Assembly (NCBI RefSeq): GCF_001194135.2
Contig: NC_068996.1
Coordinates: forward strand, 36,729,141-36,774,188
Origin: Octopus bimaculoides
Taxonomy: Eukaryota
Direction: 5' to 3'
Length of the DNA: 45,048 bases
The translations under genes and the position numbers were made by a program. The stretch's first letter is position 1. Each line of letters starts with the position of its first letter. The notes under the pieces were generated by a model that had not been told where the DNA came from, made no database searches, and worked only from the letters and a program-made list of their open reading frames with translations. Positions 1 to 11,600 of this stretch are shown piece after piece.

Positions 1-446
1 ATTGTTACTTCTAATTTTTTTTTTCTTTTTTCTATATACATTCACAAAATCAGTGGTGCAAGAATTTGGAGGATATTTTTACCATATCTGGACTTACTAC
101 ATATTTAAAGCATACTCCATACTGATACTTCTTACAATAAATTAACATCACATTTTGATTTTTATTTGCTACACAAAAAAACAAATGCTAAAATAATCCA
201 AAGTCATCATACTCTTTATTTCATTTTATATCTCTATATCTTATGCTACTTTATTATTTTTCGAGACACATATATATATATATTTCAAATTTATAGAAAA
301 CAAAAGATGAAGACAGGTAAAGAAACAACAAGCAGGTGTATTAAACGCTCGGGAAGAATGGAAAAGTCTTTGACATTTTGGATCTAGGCTCTTCAACAGA
401 AAGGATTGAGAGAGAAAAAATGTGTAGGGATTAAAGGTCCAATCAT

Positions 447-690
447 TTAATCATTCAATGTCCACTTTTCTGTGCTTGCATCCATCAGATGGAGATTTTG
501 ATTTTTTTTTTATTGAAGCAGATTTTCCAAAACCAGATGTCCTTCTCATTACCAATCTTCATCTGTTTCTAAGCAAGGTAATATTTCCCTGTAACCAGAT
601 ATCTTCTCACAGAATATTGGAAATGTGTGCGTATGTATGTGTGTATACACACACACACAAGCTTCTTTCAGCTTCAAATCCACTCACATG
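447..690 (-). mobile_element. SINE with family C core and alternative (E) tail
   Basis: The reverse complement contains the family C core, GGAAATATTACCTTGCTT and CAAGCACAGAAAAGTGGACATT. Homologous pieces occur at about 12390-12570(+), 27165-27415(-) and 30450-30715(+). Confidence 0.7.
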
Positions 691-1330
691 CTGGAAAAGC
701 CTTTGACAGAGACTCTCACTCTATATCTGGTTGTTTCTAGACAAGTCTTGAACAGACAAATGGCTTGTTAGAGCTGTGCAAGCCATGTTGAAGGGTGCTG
801 TCAGTAAAGTCAGCCATGAGTACAACTATGAAGGGCTCAATTCTCAATCCTCCAGGCTGTAAGAGAGGAATTTAAGATTGGCTGCCTGCGGGAACTACTA
901 TATGATGATGACCTCATTCTTTTAGCAAAGTCTGAAGCAGAATTGGAATAGAAATTCCAGATATAGAAGCAAAACCTAGAATCAAAGTTAACCTAGCAAA
1001 GACCAAAGTTGTAGTTAGCAAGAAAGCGGTAAAACTCTCTTTCTACCAGGTAAATGACACTGCTCAATATATAGAAAAAGTGCTGGAAAGAATTCCATTT
1101 GATGCACACAGTGCAAGCTATGGACACATAGGAGGCACAGCAGAATGACAACAGAGAAAGTAGTCTTTGTACATAGCAGATGAGCAGAAATAATAAGCAC
1201 CAAGAATACACAAGAAATAGATTTCCTTAAATGCTTAGGAGGATCCTTAGGGGTTGTACATAGTTTCTGCAACCTAGATGAGCAAATTAGCAAGTGGAAG
1301 AGGATGTTCAGAAAATATTCTTTAGCACTC
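688..1330 (+). mobile_element. Decayed RTE-clade LINE reverse transcriptase fragment
   Basis: Broken frames give LEKAFDR, DKWLVRAVQAM, QAVREEFKIGCLRELLYDDDLILLAKSEAELE (YADD box as YDDD at 901-912), VNLAKTKVVVS and KNSI-CTQCKLWTH. This is the motif order of RTE RT domains; there are many stops and frameshifts. Confidence 0.85.
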
Positions 1331-1589
1331 TCATGAACTCCTTGTTCACTCACCCTGTTGAATCCTCTGTACAATTCCATTTCCATTCACCTCCTTAAAC
1401 CCTAAGGGTATGCCCTGGCACATTTGCACCCCCACCATCTTCTCTCCCCAAATGAGCTAGCCATGTATCTCCTCTTCAGCAAGGCACTTGTTTCCGTTCT
1501 CTTATCTTAGTTTAACTTCTCATCACCTGGCACAAAGTGACCTCCTTCATTACAATTTCTCCTCTCAGTTGAGGCGGGGGTCTTGTCTT

Positions 1590-1820
1590 GTAAGTTTACT
1601 TTGTGACCCTCACTGGTGCTGGTGTCACACAAAAAAACAAAAGCACCCAGTACACACTGTAAAATGGTTGGCATTAGGAAGGGTATCCAGATGTAGAAAC
1701 TATGCTACAGTTGACAGTAGAACACAGTACAGCTTGGTGCAGTCCTCTGACTTGTCTAACTCCCGTCAAAACAGCCAACCCAAACCAGCATAGAAAATAG
1801 ACATTAAACGATGATGATAT
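1590..1820 (+). mobile_element. RTE-type non-autonomous element / SINE tail (family D)
   Basis: GGTGTCAC..AAAAGCACC..TGGTTGGCATTAGGAAGGGTATCCAG..CAACCCA..GACATTAAACGATGATGAT. Homologues at 16985-17080(+), 18085-18270(-), 23785-23910(-), 24715-24895(-), 26985-27135(+), 29030-29235(-) and 30902-31020(-). The RTE assignment rests on the recalled GGAAGGGCATCC motif and the (GAT)n tail. Confidence 0.7.
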
Positions 1821-2129
1821 GTACACACATATACATATACATTTATGTGATGTGTGTGTGTGTGGATGCAGTGGAGAGGAGTTGTCTTTTTGTCTTGACA
1901 TTGTATGCTAAATATAAACAAGTATCACCATCATACAAGAAGTGTATAAAATCTGTATACCACTTCAAACAATACACACACGCACACAACGGTCTAAAGT
2001 CATTTAGTTAAAGGTGAAACAATGATGGGATAGATATATTTATCATTAGGTATAAATGTATATGCATTTACGACATGTAATTATAGAATAAATATTGAAA
2101 GTATTTTTATAGCAGTATTATTATACAGT

Positions 2130-2470
2130 GAAGGTGCATGGCTTAATGGTTAGGGTAAAGTTGATTTAATGGTTAGGGTAAAGTTGATTTAATGGTTAGG
2201 GTAAGGTCGTGAGGTCAATTCCCAGTGGTTTGTTGTATCCTTGAGCAAGACACTTTATTTCACATTGCTCCAGCCCACTCAGCTGGCAAATATAAATAGT
2301 ATCTGTAATTCAAAGGGCCAGCCTTGTCACATTCTGTGTCACACTGAATCTCCCTGAGAACTACATTAAGGGTACGCGTATCTGTGGAGTACTCAGCCAC
2401 TTGCATGTTAATTTCACAAGCAGGCTGTTCCATTGATTGGATCAACAGGGACTCTTGTAGTGTTATTACA
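2130..2470 (+). mobile_element. tRNA-derived SINE, family B (A-type head and core, different tail)
   Basis: Shares head and core (CTTGAGCAAGACACTTTATTTCAC..CACTCAGCTG) with family A. The tail AATTCAAAGGGCCAGCCTTGTCAC...GGATCAACAGGGAC matches the reverse complement of the 19749-19945 region. Confidence 0.8.
2143..2204 (+). repeat. Perfect 23-bp tandem repeat, 2.7 units (TTAATGGTTAGGGTAAAGTTGAT)
   Basis: Units at 2143-2165, 2166-2188 and a partial unit at 2189-2204. Confidence 0.95.
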
Positions 2471-2670
2471 TGCACAGACATATCACAATATATAGAGCTA
2501 TGTAGGTATGTACAAACAAACCCCCATAAGATTACCGTGTTGAATTAAATTCCTTTTGAAGCTTTATGCTCATAATTCCAAATGAATGGATATAAAGAGA
2601 AAAAAGCATTAAAATATGAGTAGAACTGTGGGTTTCATAAGTGCTCCACTCAGCATGAATGGGTACACAA

Positions 2671-3090
2671 AGGCACGGGTGTGGCTTTATTGTAAAAAGC
2701 TTGCTACTCAATCACATGGTTCTGGGTTCAGTCCTGCTGTGTGGTTGGTCCCTTGGGCAAGTAAGTGTCTTCTACTATAGCCTAGGGCCAACCAAAGCCT
2801 TGTGAGTGGATCTGGTAAATGGAAACTCTGTGTGCATGCGTGTGTGTCTTTGTGTCTGTGTTTGTCCTCCATCACTGCTTGACAACTGGGGTTGGTGTGT
2901 TTACGTCCCCATATCTTAGCAGTTTAGCAAAAGTGACTGATAGAATAAGTACCAGGTTTTAAAAAAACCAAAAAAAAAAACAAGCAATAAGCACAGGGAT
3001 CGAATCATTCAATTAAAAATTCTTCAAGGTGGTGCCCCAGCAATGCTGAACTCTAATGACTGAAACAAGTACAAAGATAAAAATAAAAGA
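2671..3090 (+). mobile_element. tRNA-derived SINE, family C
   Basis: Head GGGTTCAGTCC, core CTTGGGCAAG..TCTTCTACTATAGCC..CCAAAGCCTTGTGAGTGGA, internal (TG)n and tail CCCCAGCA..AATGACTGAAACAAGTA. Many homologues in the window. Confidence 0.85.
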
Positions 3091-4519
3091 AAAAGATTCA
3101 TGAGAATGGCAAGTGAGAGTGTATGTTTGGATAAATATATGTATGTATATACACATGTACATACATTGGGGTAGAATAAGTGTGTGTGTGTGTGTGTATG
3201 GCTTAATGACTTGAAAAGCAACAGGGTAAAGTGGCGGTCATGATATCATATGTCTAAAATTAAGTCTGTAAAGTGACAGTTTTTGGTATCCTGCTGATTT
3301 AAGGAAGTGAACTGGTTTCTTTGAAGTGGAACACTAACAGACACAAGAGACAGGTAATTGTTAAAGGTTATATGCTTTCATGACATTCTTACCTCTAAAT
3401 GTTCTTTTTTATTTTCCTAAAATTCCAAGTAAGTTAACGATGAATATGTGGTCTCTTTATCTTTATCCTTGCTTTATTTTCCCCTTAATTTGTTTCTTGT
3501 TTTTTTTTTTTTTCTCATTTGTATCTCTTTGTATTTCCTTATTCCTCTTTGTCAGAGGAATTCTAAAAATAGTATTTGGTGTGGGTGTAAAATGCTGAGA
3601 AGCTAAAGACAATNNNNNNNNNNNNNNNNNNNNNNNNNNNNNNNNNNNNNNNNNNNNNNNNNNNNNNNNNNNNNNNNNNNNNNNNNNNNNNNNNNNNNNN
3701 NNNNNNNNNNNNNNNNNNNNNNNNNNNNNNNNNNNNNNNNNNNNNNNNNNNNNNNNNNNNNNNNNNNNNNNNNNNNNNNNNNNNNNNNNNNNNNNNNNNN
3801 NNNNNNNNNNNNNNNNNNNNNNNNNNNNNNNNNNNNNNNNNNNNNNNNNNNNNNNNNNNNNNNNNNNNNNNNNNNNNNNNNNNNNNNNNNNNNNNNNNNN
3901 NNNNNNNNNNNNNNNNNNNNNNNNNNNNNNNNNNNNNNNNNNNNNNNNNNNNNNNNNNNNNNNNNNNNNNNNNNNNNNNNNNNNNNNNNNNNNNNNNNNN
4001 NNNNNNNNNNNNNNNNNNNNNNNNNNNNNNNNNNNNNNNNNNNNNNNNNNNNNNNNNNNNNNNNNNNNNNNNNNNNNNNNNNNNNNNNNNNNNNNNNNNN
4101 NNNNNNNNNNNNNNNNNNNNNNNNNNNNNNNNNNNNNNNNNNNNNNNNNNNNNNNNNNNNNNNNNNNNNNNNNNNNNNNNNNNNNNNNNNNNNNNNNNNN
4201 NNNNNNNNNNNNNNNNNNNNNNNNNNGAATTGTTTCAGAATCGTTTGTTTATGTAGTCGGCACTTAATGTATATCGGCTGAATGGACGTCAGTGATTGGT
4301 TGAAATTACAGAAATACGACAACTTTAACATGGAATAACTTAAGGATTTCTTTTTTTTTTGAGAAGACTAAGAGAAAAAGATGTTTTATATGACACATTC
4401 TACCAGTGTTCCAAGTTTCAAAGTGTTTCGTTAAGAAAATACTGTGGCCCCCGTTTTAAAATAGATCCCAATACAGTACAGCCATACTTTGACTTTGGGG
4501 GGAGGGAGGGCAAACACCA

Positions 4520-4675
4520 CACACACACACAGTTTCCATCTATCAAATCCACTCACAAGGCTTTGGTTGGCTCAAGGCTATAGTAGAAGACACTTACCTG
4601 CCTAAGGAACCACGCAGTGGGACTGAACCCAGAACTATGTGATTGGGAAGCAAGCTTTTTGCAACAGCCACACCT
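4520..4675 (-). mobile_element. SINE family C head and core fragment
   Basis: ATCCACTCACAAGGCTTTGG...GGGACTGAACCCAG is the reverse complement of the family C head and core. Confidence 0.75.
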
Positions 4676-4865
4676 GTGTGTAACTATTCATGCTAAGTGG
4701 AACACTTATGAGACCTACAGTTCAACTATGGACAATACAGTACAGCCATGCTTTGACTGTGACCACCTGAGGATGTGCATGTATACAGCTAATGATGGTG
4801 TAGTGAAACAATTGTAGTGATTTGTAATAAAGTCTGTTCAATTCACCTTGTATTAAAATTTGTTT

Positions 4866-4919
4866 ACACACACACACACACACACAAATACATACATATA
4901 TATATATGTATATAAATAA

Positions 4920-4974
<55 letters not shown>

Positions 4975-4992
4975 TACATACATACATACATT
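4866..4992. repeat. Compound (CA)n/(TA)n/(CATA)n microsatellite
   Basis: Seen directly. Confidence 0.95.
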
Positions 4993-6245
4993 CAGACACA
5001 CACAGTTGCTATATATCTATTTTCTCGTGCTTGCTAATACAGTTACACACACATAGACTGGGTTGATTGAAACATAATGTTGCTGCTAATGATGATGATA
5101 ATGGTGATGACATTATTGGTGGTAGTGATCATAAGAATCTTGATTATCAGTATCCTAGAACAAGGTACTGATAGGCTAAACCGAATAAAATTCTGAAATA
5201 CACCCTTAGTCCAATGCAGACACATCTGCACGTTCTACGTATCATGCAATAAGGTGAAATTCAATCAGATTGTGTACATGGTGGGTTTGAGGTCAAATGT
5301 TATATAACGTTTTTCTTACATTTTTTTTTCTTTTTCTTTTTGCTTTATGTTTTGGTCTAGAGGAAATGAGGGAAGGGAGGTGACTGTGGCCCACTGAGAC
5401 ATGTTCAAAAAGCAATTTGAGACATGGATTGCAATTATTTTTTTGTCAAACATAAAAATGATAGTGCAATAATACATTTAGTTGCTAAACTAAACGTAAA
5501 GCTTGCGGGAATTTTTTTTCTTTCTTTCTCTCTCTCTCTCTATCCTCCCACTATACTTCATAGTTTTATCATTAAATTCTGAAAACAGTGTTAGCAAACA
5601 CGTACCTCAAATAGCCTTCAAGGACCAGAGCGGTGCTGAGCAGCAATTGCTACACTATATAACGTAATAAATGACCTATGACAAGCAGATGAAGGTTTAC
5701 AGAGTTTTCTGTACTGACGCTTTCACTCCAGTATAGCTATGTACATGAGCATTCCATCACCACATTATTGATACCATAGTAACAATTATTTGTACTTTAT
5801 CAATTATTAACAAGTCTGCTGTACTTTATTAATTAATAATAAAGACATTATCATTGACATTGTTGGAGTTGTTAGCAAGTCTGGTCAACAATAATAAAAG
5901 TGCTGGTTTCTATATACTATCCAAAGTTCATTGCCTTATTTTATTAAGTTCAAATTCCTTAAGTACCAAAACACAGACACAATAATATACTTCGAGAAAA
6001 CACAAACGCCACAAACCCACTACTTATTAACACTCCACTTATGAAACTGCAAAACTCGCCCGGGTGCTTCAATGTAGCTAATCACCATGTTAGAAATAGC
6101 AGCTCAATCCCTCTCGAGTTGCATGCTACCCTCTTAAGTAATAAGTACACATTAGATAATGCAGTCCAATATATCAAAGATATCATTGGTCAGAGTTGGA
6201 AATCATTTGATCACAAGCCTGTCGAATCATGGCTGTTGTTGTTGT

Positions 6246-6544
6246 GAAGGCACATGGCTCAGTGGTTAGAGCGTTGAGCTTACGATCATGAGGTTGTGAG
6301 TTCAATTCCCAGACCGGGCTGTGTGTTGTGTTCTTGAGCAAGACACTTTATTTCACATTGCTCCAGTTCACTCAGCTGTAGAAATGAGTTGTATCAGCCT
6401 TTGCCCTTCCCTTGGATAACATCAGTGGTGCGGTATACATGGGTGACTACTGGTCATCCATAAATGACATTGCCTGAACTTGTGCCTCGGACGGTAACTT
6501 TTCTAGGTGCAATCCCATGGTCATTCATGACCGAAGGGGGTCTC
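6246..6544 (+). mobile_element. tRNA-derived SINE, family A (internally deleted)
   Basis: A box TGGCTCAGTGG, B box GAGTTCAATTCC, core GTTCTTGAGCAAGACACTTTATTTCAC and tail ...CATGACCGAAGGGGGTC. Homologous to the copies at 7561, 19243 and 21760. Confidence 0.85.
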
Positions 6545-6554
6545 CTCTGTTGTT

Positions 6555-6900
6555 GTTGAGCGAGAGAGCAGTGCATGCCATGAAAGTGACACTGGGGTAA
6601 AATATACAAAGCCCAATATACCCATCATGACTACCCATCTGATAAGGGTAAACCAGGCACATGTATCACAATCATATGTGCGTGACATGGTGATCTCATA
6701 TCAAGATAAACAGCACATGACCTTGCAAGTGGGGGCCCAGTTAGAAGTTTCTTCAGGTCGAGTAGCTCATCCTGCCCAAAAGGTCCCTGAAAAAGGGTTG
6801 TTTAAGGATGTTGAACGAAACACCCGAAGAATTCTTCTCAACACATGACTATGATGCTTCCTCACTACTTCTGCTTGTGATCAGAGATGCACATATCATT
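6555..6900 (-). repeat. Interspersed repeat, probably a LINE 3' region (unclassified)
   Basis: Higher-GC block ending in simple repeats. Recognised only from memory of octopus-like sequence and single-copy in this window. Confidence 0.3.
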
Positions 6901-6938
6901 ATTATCATCATCATCATCCTATTGACTCAAGGTCAGAA

Positions 6939-6981
<43 letters not shown>

Positions 6982-7560
6982 GGGAGGGAGGAAGATAGGG
7001 AGATAAAGGGATGGAGGCAGTATGGATAATAATGAAATCAATTTCAGAACATGACTGACCAGTATTGATATTTCTGATCACAGATTGAGGGAAGGCCAAA
7101 CTAGAGCTTGAAACAACTTCAACTCCTAATATTACTCATGACAATGATGATGATGATGATGATGATGATGAAAGCAACATCAACAACTATCATTGTAGCC
7201 ACTGCCACTGACACCACCAGTCATTTATTGGTTTAGCAACAGATGTTGAGTCGCATAAACGAAACAGAAGGGAATCAATGACAGGAATATGTAACAATAT
7301 TTTACATCTACAAAAGTTAAAAATTTATTCGTAAAATTCCATCCTAAAATACTGTTCACTTTAGATAAAAGAAGCTTACAAGGTGAAGAACTTTCCACAA
7401 GTGTGATACAGAGAACTTTCCACGTGAATAACGGAAAACTTACTGTGGCAGTTAAGATATTGTTGCAAATTTTGTTCGCGGCTGAGTGGTTAAGAAGCTC
7501 ACTTTGAAATCATTTAGATTTTGGGATTCAGTCCCACAGTGTGGGACTATAACCTGAAGT

Positions 7561-7886
7561 GAAGGTGCATGGCTTAGTGGTTAGAGCATCGGCGGGCTCA
7601 CAATCATGAGGTAGTGAGTTTGATTCCTGAACCAGGCTGTATGTTATGCTCTTCTGCAAGACTCTTTGTTTCACTTTGCTCCAGTTCACTCAGCTGTAGA
7701 AATGAGCTGTGATGTCACTGGTGCCAAGCTGTATCAGCCTTTGCCTTTTTCTTGGATAACATTGATGGTATGGAGAGTAGGAGGAAGATATGCATGGGTG
7801 ACTGCTGGCCTTCAATAAACAATCTTGCCAGGACTTGTGCATCAGAGGGGAACTTTCTGAATGCAATGACCGAAAGGGGCCTTTAC
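7561..7886 (+). mobile_element. tRNA-derived SINE, family A
   Basis: Same head, core and tail as the other family A copies. Confidence 0.85.
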
Positions 7887-7892
7887 TTTTTT

Positions 7893-7974
7893 ACTATAAC
7901 CCTGGACCAACCAATACCTCCTGAGTGAATTTGGAAACTGTCTGGAAGCAATGTGTGTGTGTGTGTGTGTGTGT

Positions 7975-8014
<40 letters not shown>

Positions 8015-8220
8015 GTGTGCATGTGTTCTCCCACCCACCATTTGACAACCAGTGTTGGTTTGTTTATATTCCCCATAACTTAATGGTTCAGCAAAAGAGA
8101 CTAATACAAAAGTACCAGACCTAATAATAGGTTAGTGGAGGTCAATTGGTACAACTTAAACCCTTCAAGTTGTAGTTGTCCCATCATGGCCACAGTCCAA
8201 TGACTGAAACTATCAAAGGA
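7893..8220 (+). mobile_element. SINE family C, headless, with (TG)n(AG)n centre
   Basis: Core remnant, then TTGACAACCAGTGTTGGT...GCAAAAGAGACT and the tail CATGGCCACAGTCCAATGACTGAAAC. Confidence 0.7.
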
Positions 8221-8289
8221 TAAGTGGACAATGAACATAGTCCTAAAGCTGGAAAGTGTTTGATTATGCCTTTGCATTTTATGACCAAC

Positions 8290-8490
8290 TTGCTTTTGCT
8301 TAACCCTAGGCTCGGTTTTGATTAAGCAAACCTATGATCAAATATGCTCCAGGCACAGTCAGCCAGCTTCTTTTTTCAGAGCATATCCATATTTTTTTAA
8401 TAAGAGATCAGAGTTTGATTTGAGATTTGGCTGTTATTTCTAGCAGGTGAAGTGACTACGTACAGGTTGCCTCCTCTTCCTTTTTAGTGT
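8290..8490 (-). repeat. Interspersed repeat family F (AGAAATAGCAGCCAAATCTC motif)
   Basis: GAGATTTGGCTGTTATTTCTAGCAGG. Related copies at 15860-15960 plus 16270-16345(+), 31100-31290(-), 38380-38520(-) and 40700-40800(+). Confidence 0.6.
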
Positions 8491-9220
8491 TAACCGCACA
8501 ACTGTGAAATAATGGAATTCGTTTTGATATCTCTTAACAGCTAGACGAACTAAAGCCAGAAGAGTTATGGGCCTTGCTCAGACCTATAAGCAGTTTCTCT
8601 CTCCCTCTCCCTCTCTCATTTAATTATAAAAGAAAGCAATGTCCATGAGTCTTTACAAGGACCTTATGGCTAGCAAGAGGGGAAAGAAAGTTATTCTCCA
8701 ACCAGATACTTAACCAGAATGCTTCTATCAGAGTGGACTCCACTAAAAATACCTAAAGTGCTTTTGTTGGTGATGTTAAACTAGGTGAACGATTACGTTT
8801 GCTACTGGATTGGTACTTGACCTCAGCAGCATTTGAACTCAGAATGCCAAGTGCCAGAAACAAGCTGGGTAGCACACAAGGCATGCTACCCAGTTTTCCA
8901 ACAGCTCACCAGTTTGATGCCTTCACTAAACAAGTACCAGTAATACTTTAGTATTAATTAAAATGTCTATACGCACTCCTCACTCATATATATATATATA
9001 AACCATGTGTCCATAAAAAAAAAGGTAATGAATTAAAATCACTACTAATTGGTTTCATTACTGTCTGTTGTACTAAATGAAAACTAAAGCACTGTATTAG
9101 CTAACCAAAAGCCTTTTCTTAAAATAAATCTTGTGTATTACATGTATGTCTCTATAGTCACACATACACATATGAGCTTATGTGTATGTGTGACATTTTC
9201 ATGCACTGTCTCCAAACACA

Positions 9221-9395
9221 TCTATCTGTCTGTCTGTCTACCTTTCCATCAATCTGTCTGTCTACCTTTCCATCAATCAGTCTGTCTATCTATCCATCCG
9301 TCTGTCAGTCTATGTTTCTATCTATCTACCTACCTACACATCCATCCATCCATCCATCTATATCTATCTATCTATTTATCTACACACACACACAC
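9221..9395. repeat. Compound (TCTG)/(TCTA)/(TCCA) tetranucleotide array
   Basis: Seen directly. It explains the overlapping low-complexity ORFs at 9133-9609 and 9180-9443. Confidence 0.9.
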
Positions 9396-10184
9396 AGCCT
9401 CTACCACAGGCTCATACCTTCTCTTGGCTATACATTGCAATGAAAAAGCTCTTTCTCTTCATTCTTCTCTTATTACTACTCCTACCATCTCTCTCTCTCT
9501 CTCTCCACCTTTCCCCCTCCTCTTTATTTCCTTCTTCTCCAGAACTGAATTCCCCCTGGAATGTCTTCTTTACAAGCACTTACCTGCAACATTTCAAACA
9601 GAGGATTAATTACATTAACACTAATTTACCCCAATGAGACCTGCTAAAGGCTATGAGGGCCACCTCTCCTCCTCTTCTTCCTCCACCTACTCCTCCTGTC
9701 ATTCATAATAAATTACAGGAAAAAATAAAAAAGAGGGAAAAGAAACTTGTCTTCTACAATTCAAAACGAAGCCATGCAAAACAGTGCCATTTTCACAGTG
9801 GGACTCTTTGTAACACACACACACATATACATATACACACACATACATATATACACACTACATCATTATTTCAGAAGGAGTACACCATCTCTCAACATGA
9901 TGTAAAATGTGATTAAAAGGGTTAGCATCAGAAAGGACATTTTAGCTGTAAAACACTACTTTGAAAAGTCACATCCAGTTTATGTCTGCATAGGAAAGCA
10001 GATTCGTTCCGTTTTACATCTATTTTCCTCAGCCAGCATGGGCCAGATGGATACTTATTAGAGTCAGAGTTTAAAAGAAGTATGTTCTACATGTTATCAA
10101 CACTTACCAGTTTTTCAAGTAAAGGATTTCAATTTTTCAATTTTATTTCACTAAACTTCAAATGCACAGAACTATAGAACATAT

Positions 10185-10400
10185 TGGTTCCAAATTTTGG
10201 CACAAGGCCACCAATTTCAGGAGAGGGGAAAAGCCGATTACATTGGCACCCAATACTCAACTGGTACTTACTTATCAACCTCAAGAGGATGAAAGGCAAA
10301 AATCAACCTCAGTAGAATTTGAACTCAGAAAGTGAAGACGGACAAAATACCACAATGCATTTTGCCCAGTCTGCTAACGATTCTGCCAGCTTACCACCTC
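10185..10400 (-). mobile_element. SINE family G
   Basis: Reverse-complement homology to 37903-38140. Confidence 0.75.
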
Positions 10401-10690
10401 AGAGCTATAGAACATATTAACCACAAGAAATATAAACACATCCATTACTGCTTTTTTTTTATGTGTTTCATTTGTTCATACAATCACATGCAGAGAAAGT
10501 GGAAATGGCATATTCACTTGAACATACATACAAACACAATTATATATGTATTACACACACACACACACACTCCTGAAGTCATTGGGTAATCCAAGGCAAT
10601 TGTAAAAAAACACTTGCTCAAGGTGTCATAGTCAAAGTGAAATAGGAACCATGTGGTCCTTAACAACTAAACAGCCATGCCTGTGCCTAT

Positions 10691-11110
10691 CTTTTATCTT
10701 TTACTTATTTCAGTCATTACACTGTAGCCATGCTGGGGCCCTGCCTTGAACAATTTTTTTTAGTCGAGTGAATTCACCCCATTACTTATCTTTTTTGAGG
10801 TTTTTTTTTAGGCCTGGTACTTATTCTATCAGTATCTTTTGTTGAACCACTATGTCACAGGGACATAAACACACCAACACCGGTTGTCAAGCAGTGATGA
10901 GGGACAAACACACACACACATACATGCACATGCATGTATGCACACATGATGGGCTTCTTTCAGTTTCCATCTACCAAATCCACTCACAAAGCTTTGGTCG
11001 GCCCCAAGGCTCTAGCAGAAGACACTTGCCTAAGGTGCCACACAATGAGACTGAACCTTGAATTATGTGGTTAGGAGCAAGCTTCTTACCATACAGCCAT
11101 GACTGCATCT
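10691..11110 (-). mobile_element. tRNA-derived SINE, family C
   Basis: The reverse complement is homologous to 2671-3090. Another family C head fragment lies at about 10575-10690. Confidence 0.85.
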
Positions 11111-11249
11111 ATGCCCATATCAACACAACAAACACATAGTACTGAATTAACCATTAAACATTAGGGCATCAAGAGAAGGGTGGCTGGCACCATGGAAATG
11201 GCAAAGTTTTGGCTTAAATGTATCTATTGCAAGAAACTGCAATAGATAC

Positions 11250-11600
11250 ATAGCTCAACTTACACAAGTTAATATATGAAAAACAAAATAGGAATTTTAA
11301 AAGAAGTTTCTATAAAACTAGTTTTTAAACATCAAATAACTATGGGGGTCCACCAGAACAAAATAGTTCTCAAAGGGGTCCATAGATAAAAAAAAAATGG
11401 TTGAGAACCCTGAATTAGATGTAGTTATTGGTATGAATTGCAAGAAAAAGCTAGGTTTCTTTCTCTAATATTTTACATTGTTCAACTCACACAAGCTAAT
11501 GTATGAAGAACAAAATAGGAATTTTGAAAGAGGTTTCTATAAAACTAAGCTTTAAACATCAAATGGCTATGGGGTCCACCAGAATAAAATAGTAACCAAA
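11250..11600. mobile_element. hAT-like MITE end plus a local partial duplicate
   Basis: Ends GGTTGAGAACCCTG (11399-11412), a hAT/Charlie-like TIR. About 120 nt of it is repeated at about 11480-11600. A similar TIR end GATTGAGAACCACTG lies at 15834-15848. Confidence 0.5.

Noticed and set aside
6246-6320. tRNA genes
   Set aside because: All A/B-box matches are SINE heads that continue into SINE cores. None has a complete cloverleaf with an acceptor stem.
6627-7099. ORF-track peptides of 60-75 aa here and throughout the window
   Set aside because: They derive from microsatellites ([16 protein letters not shown]) or SINE sequence and show no protein-family similarity.
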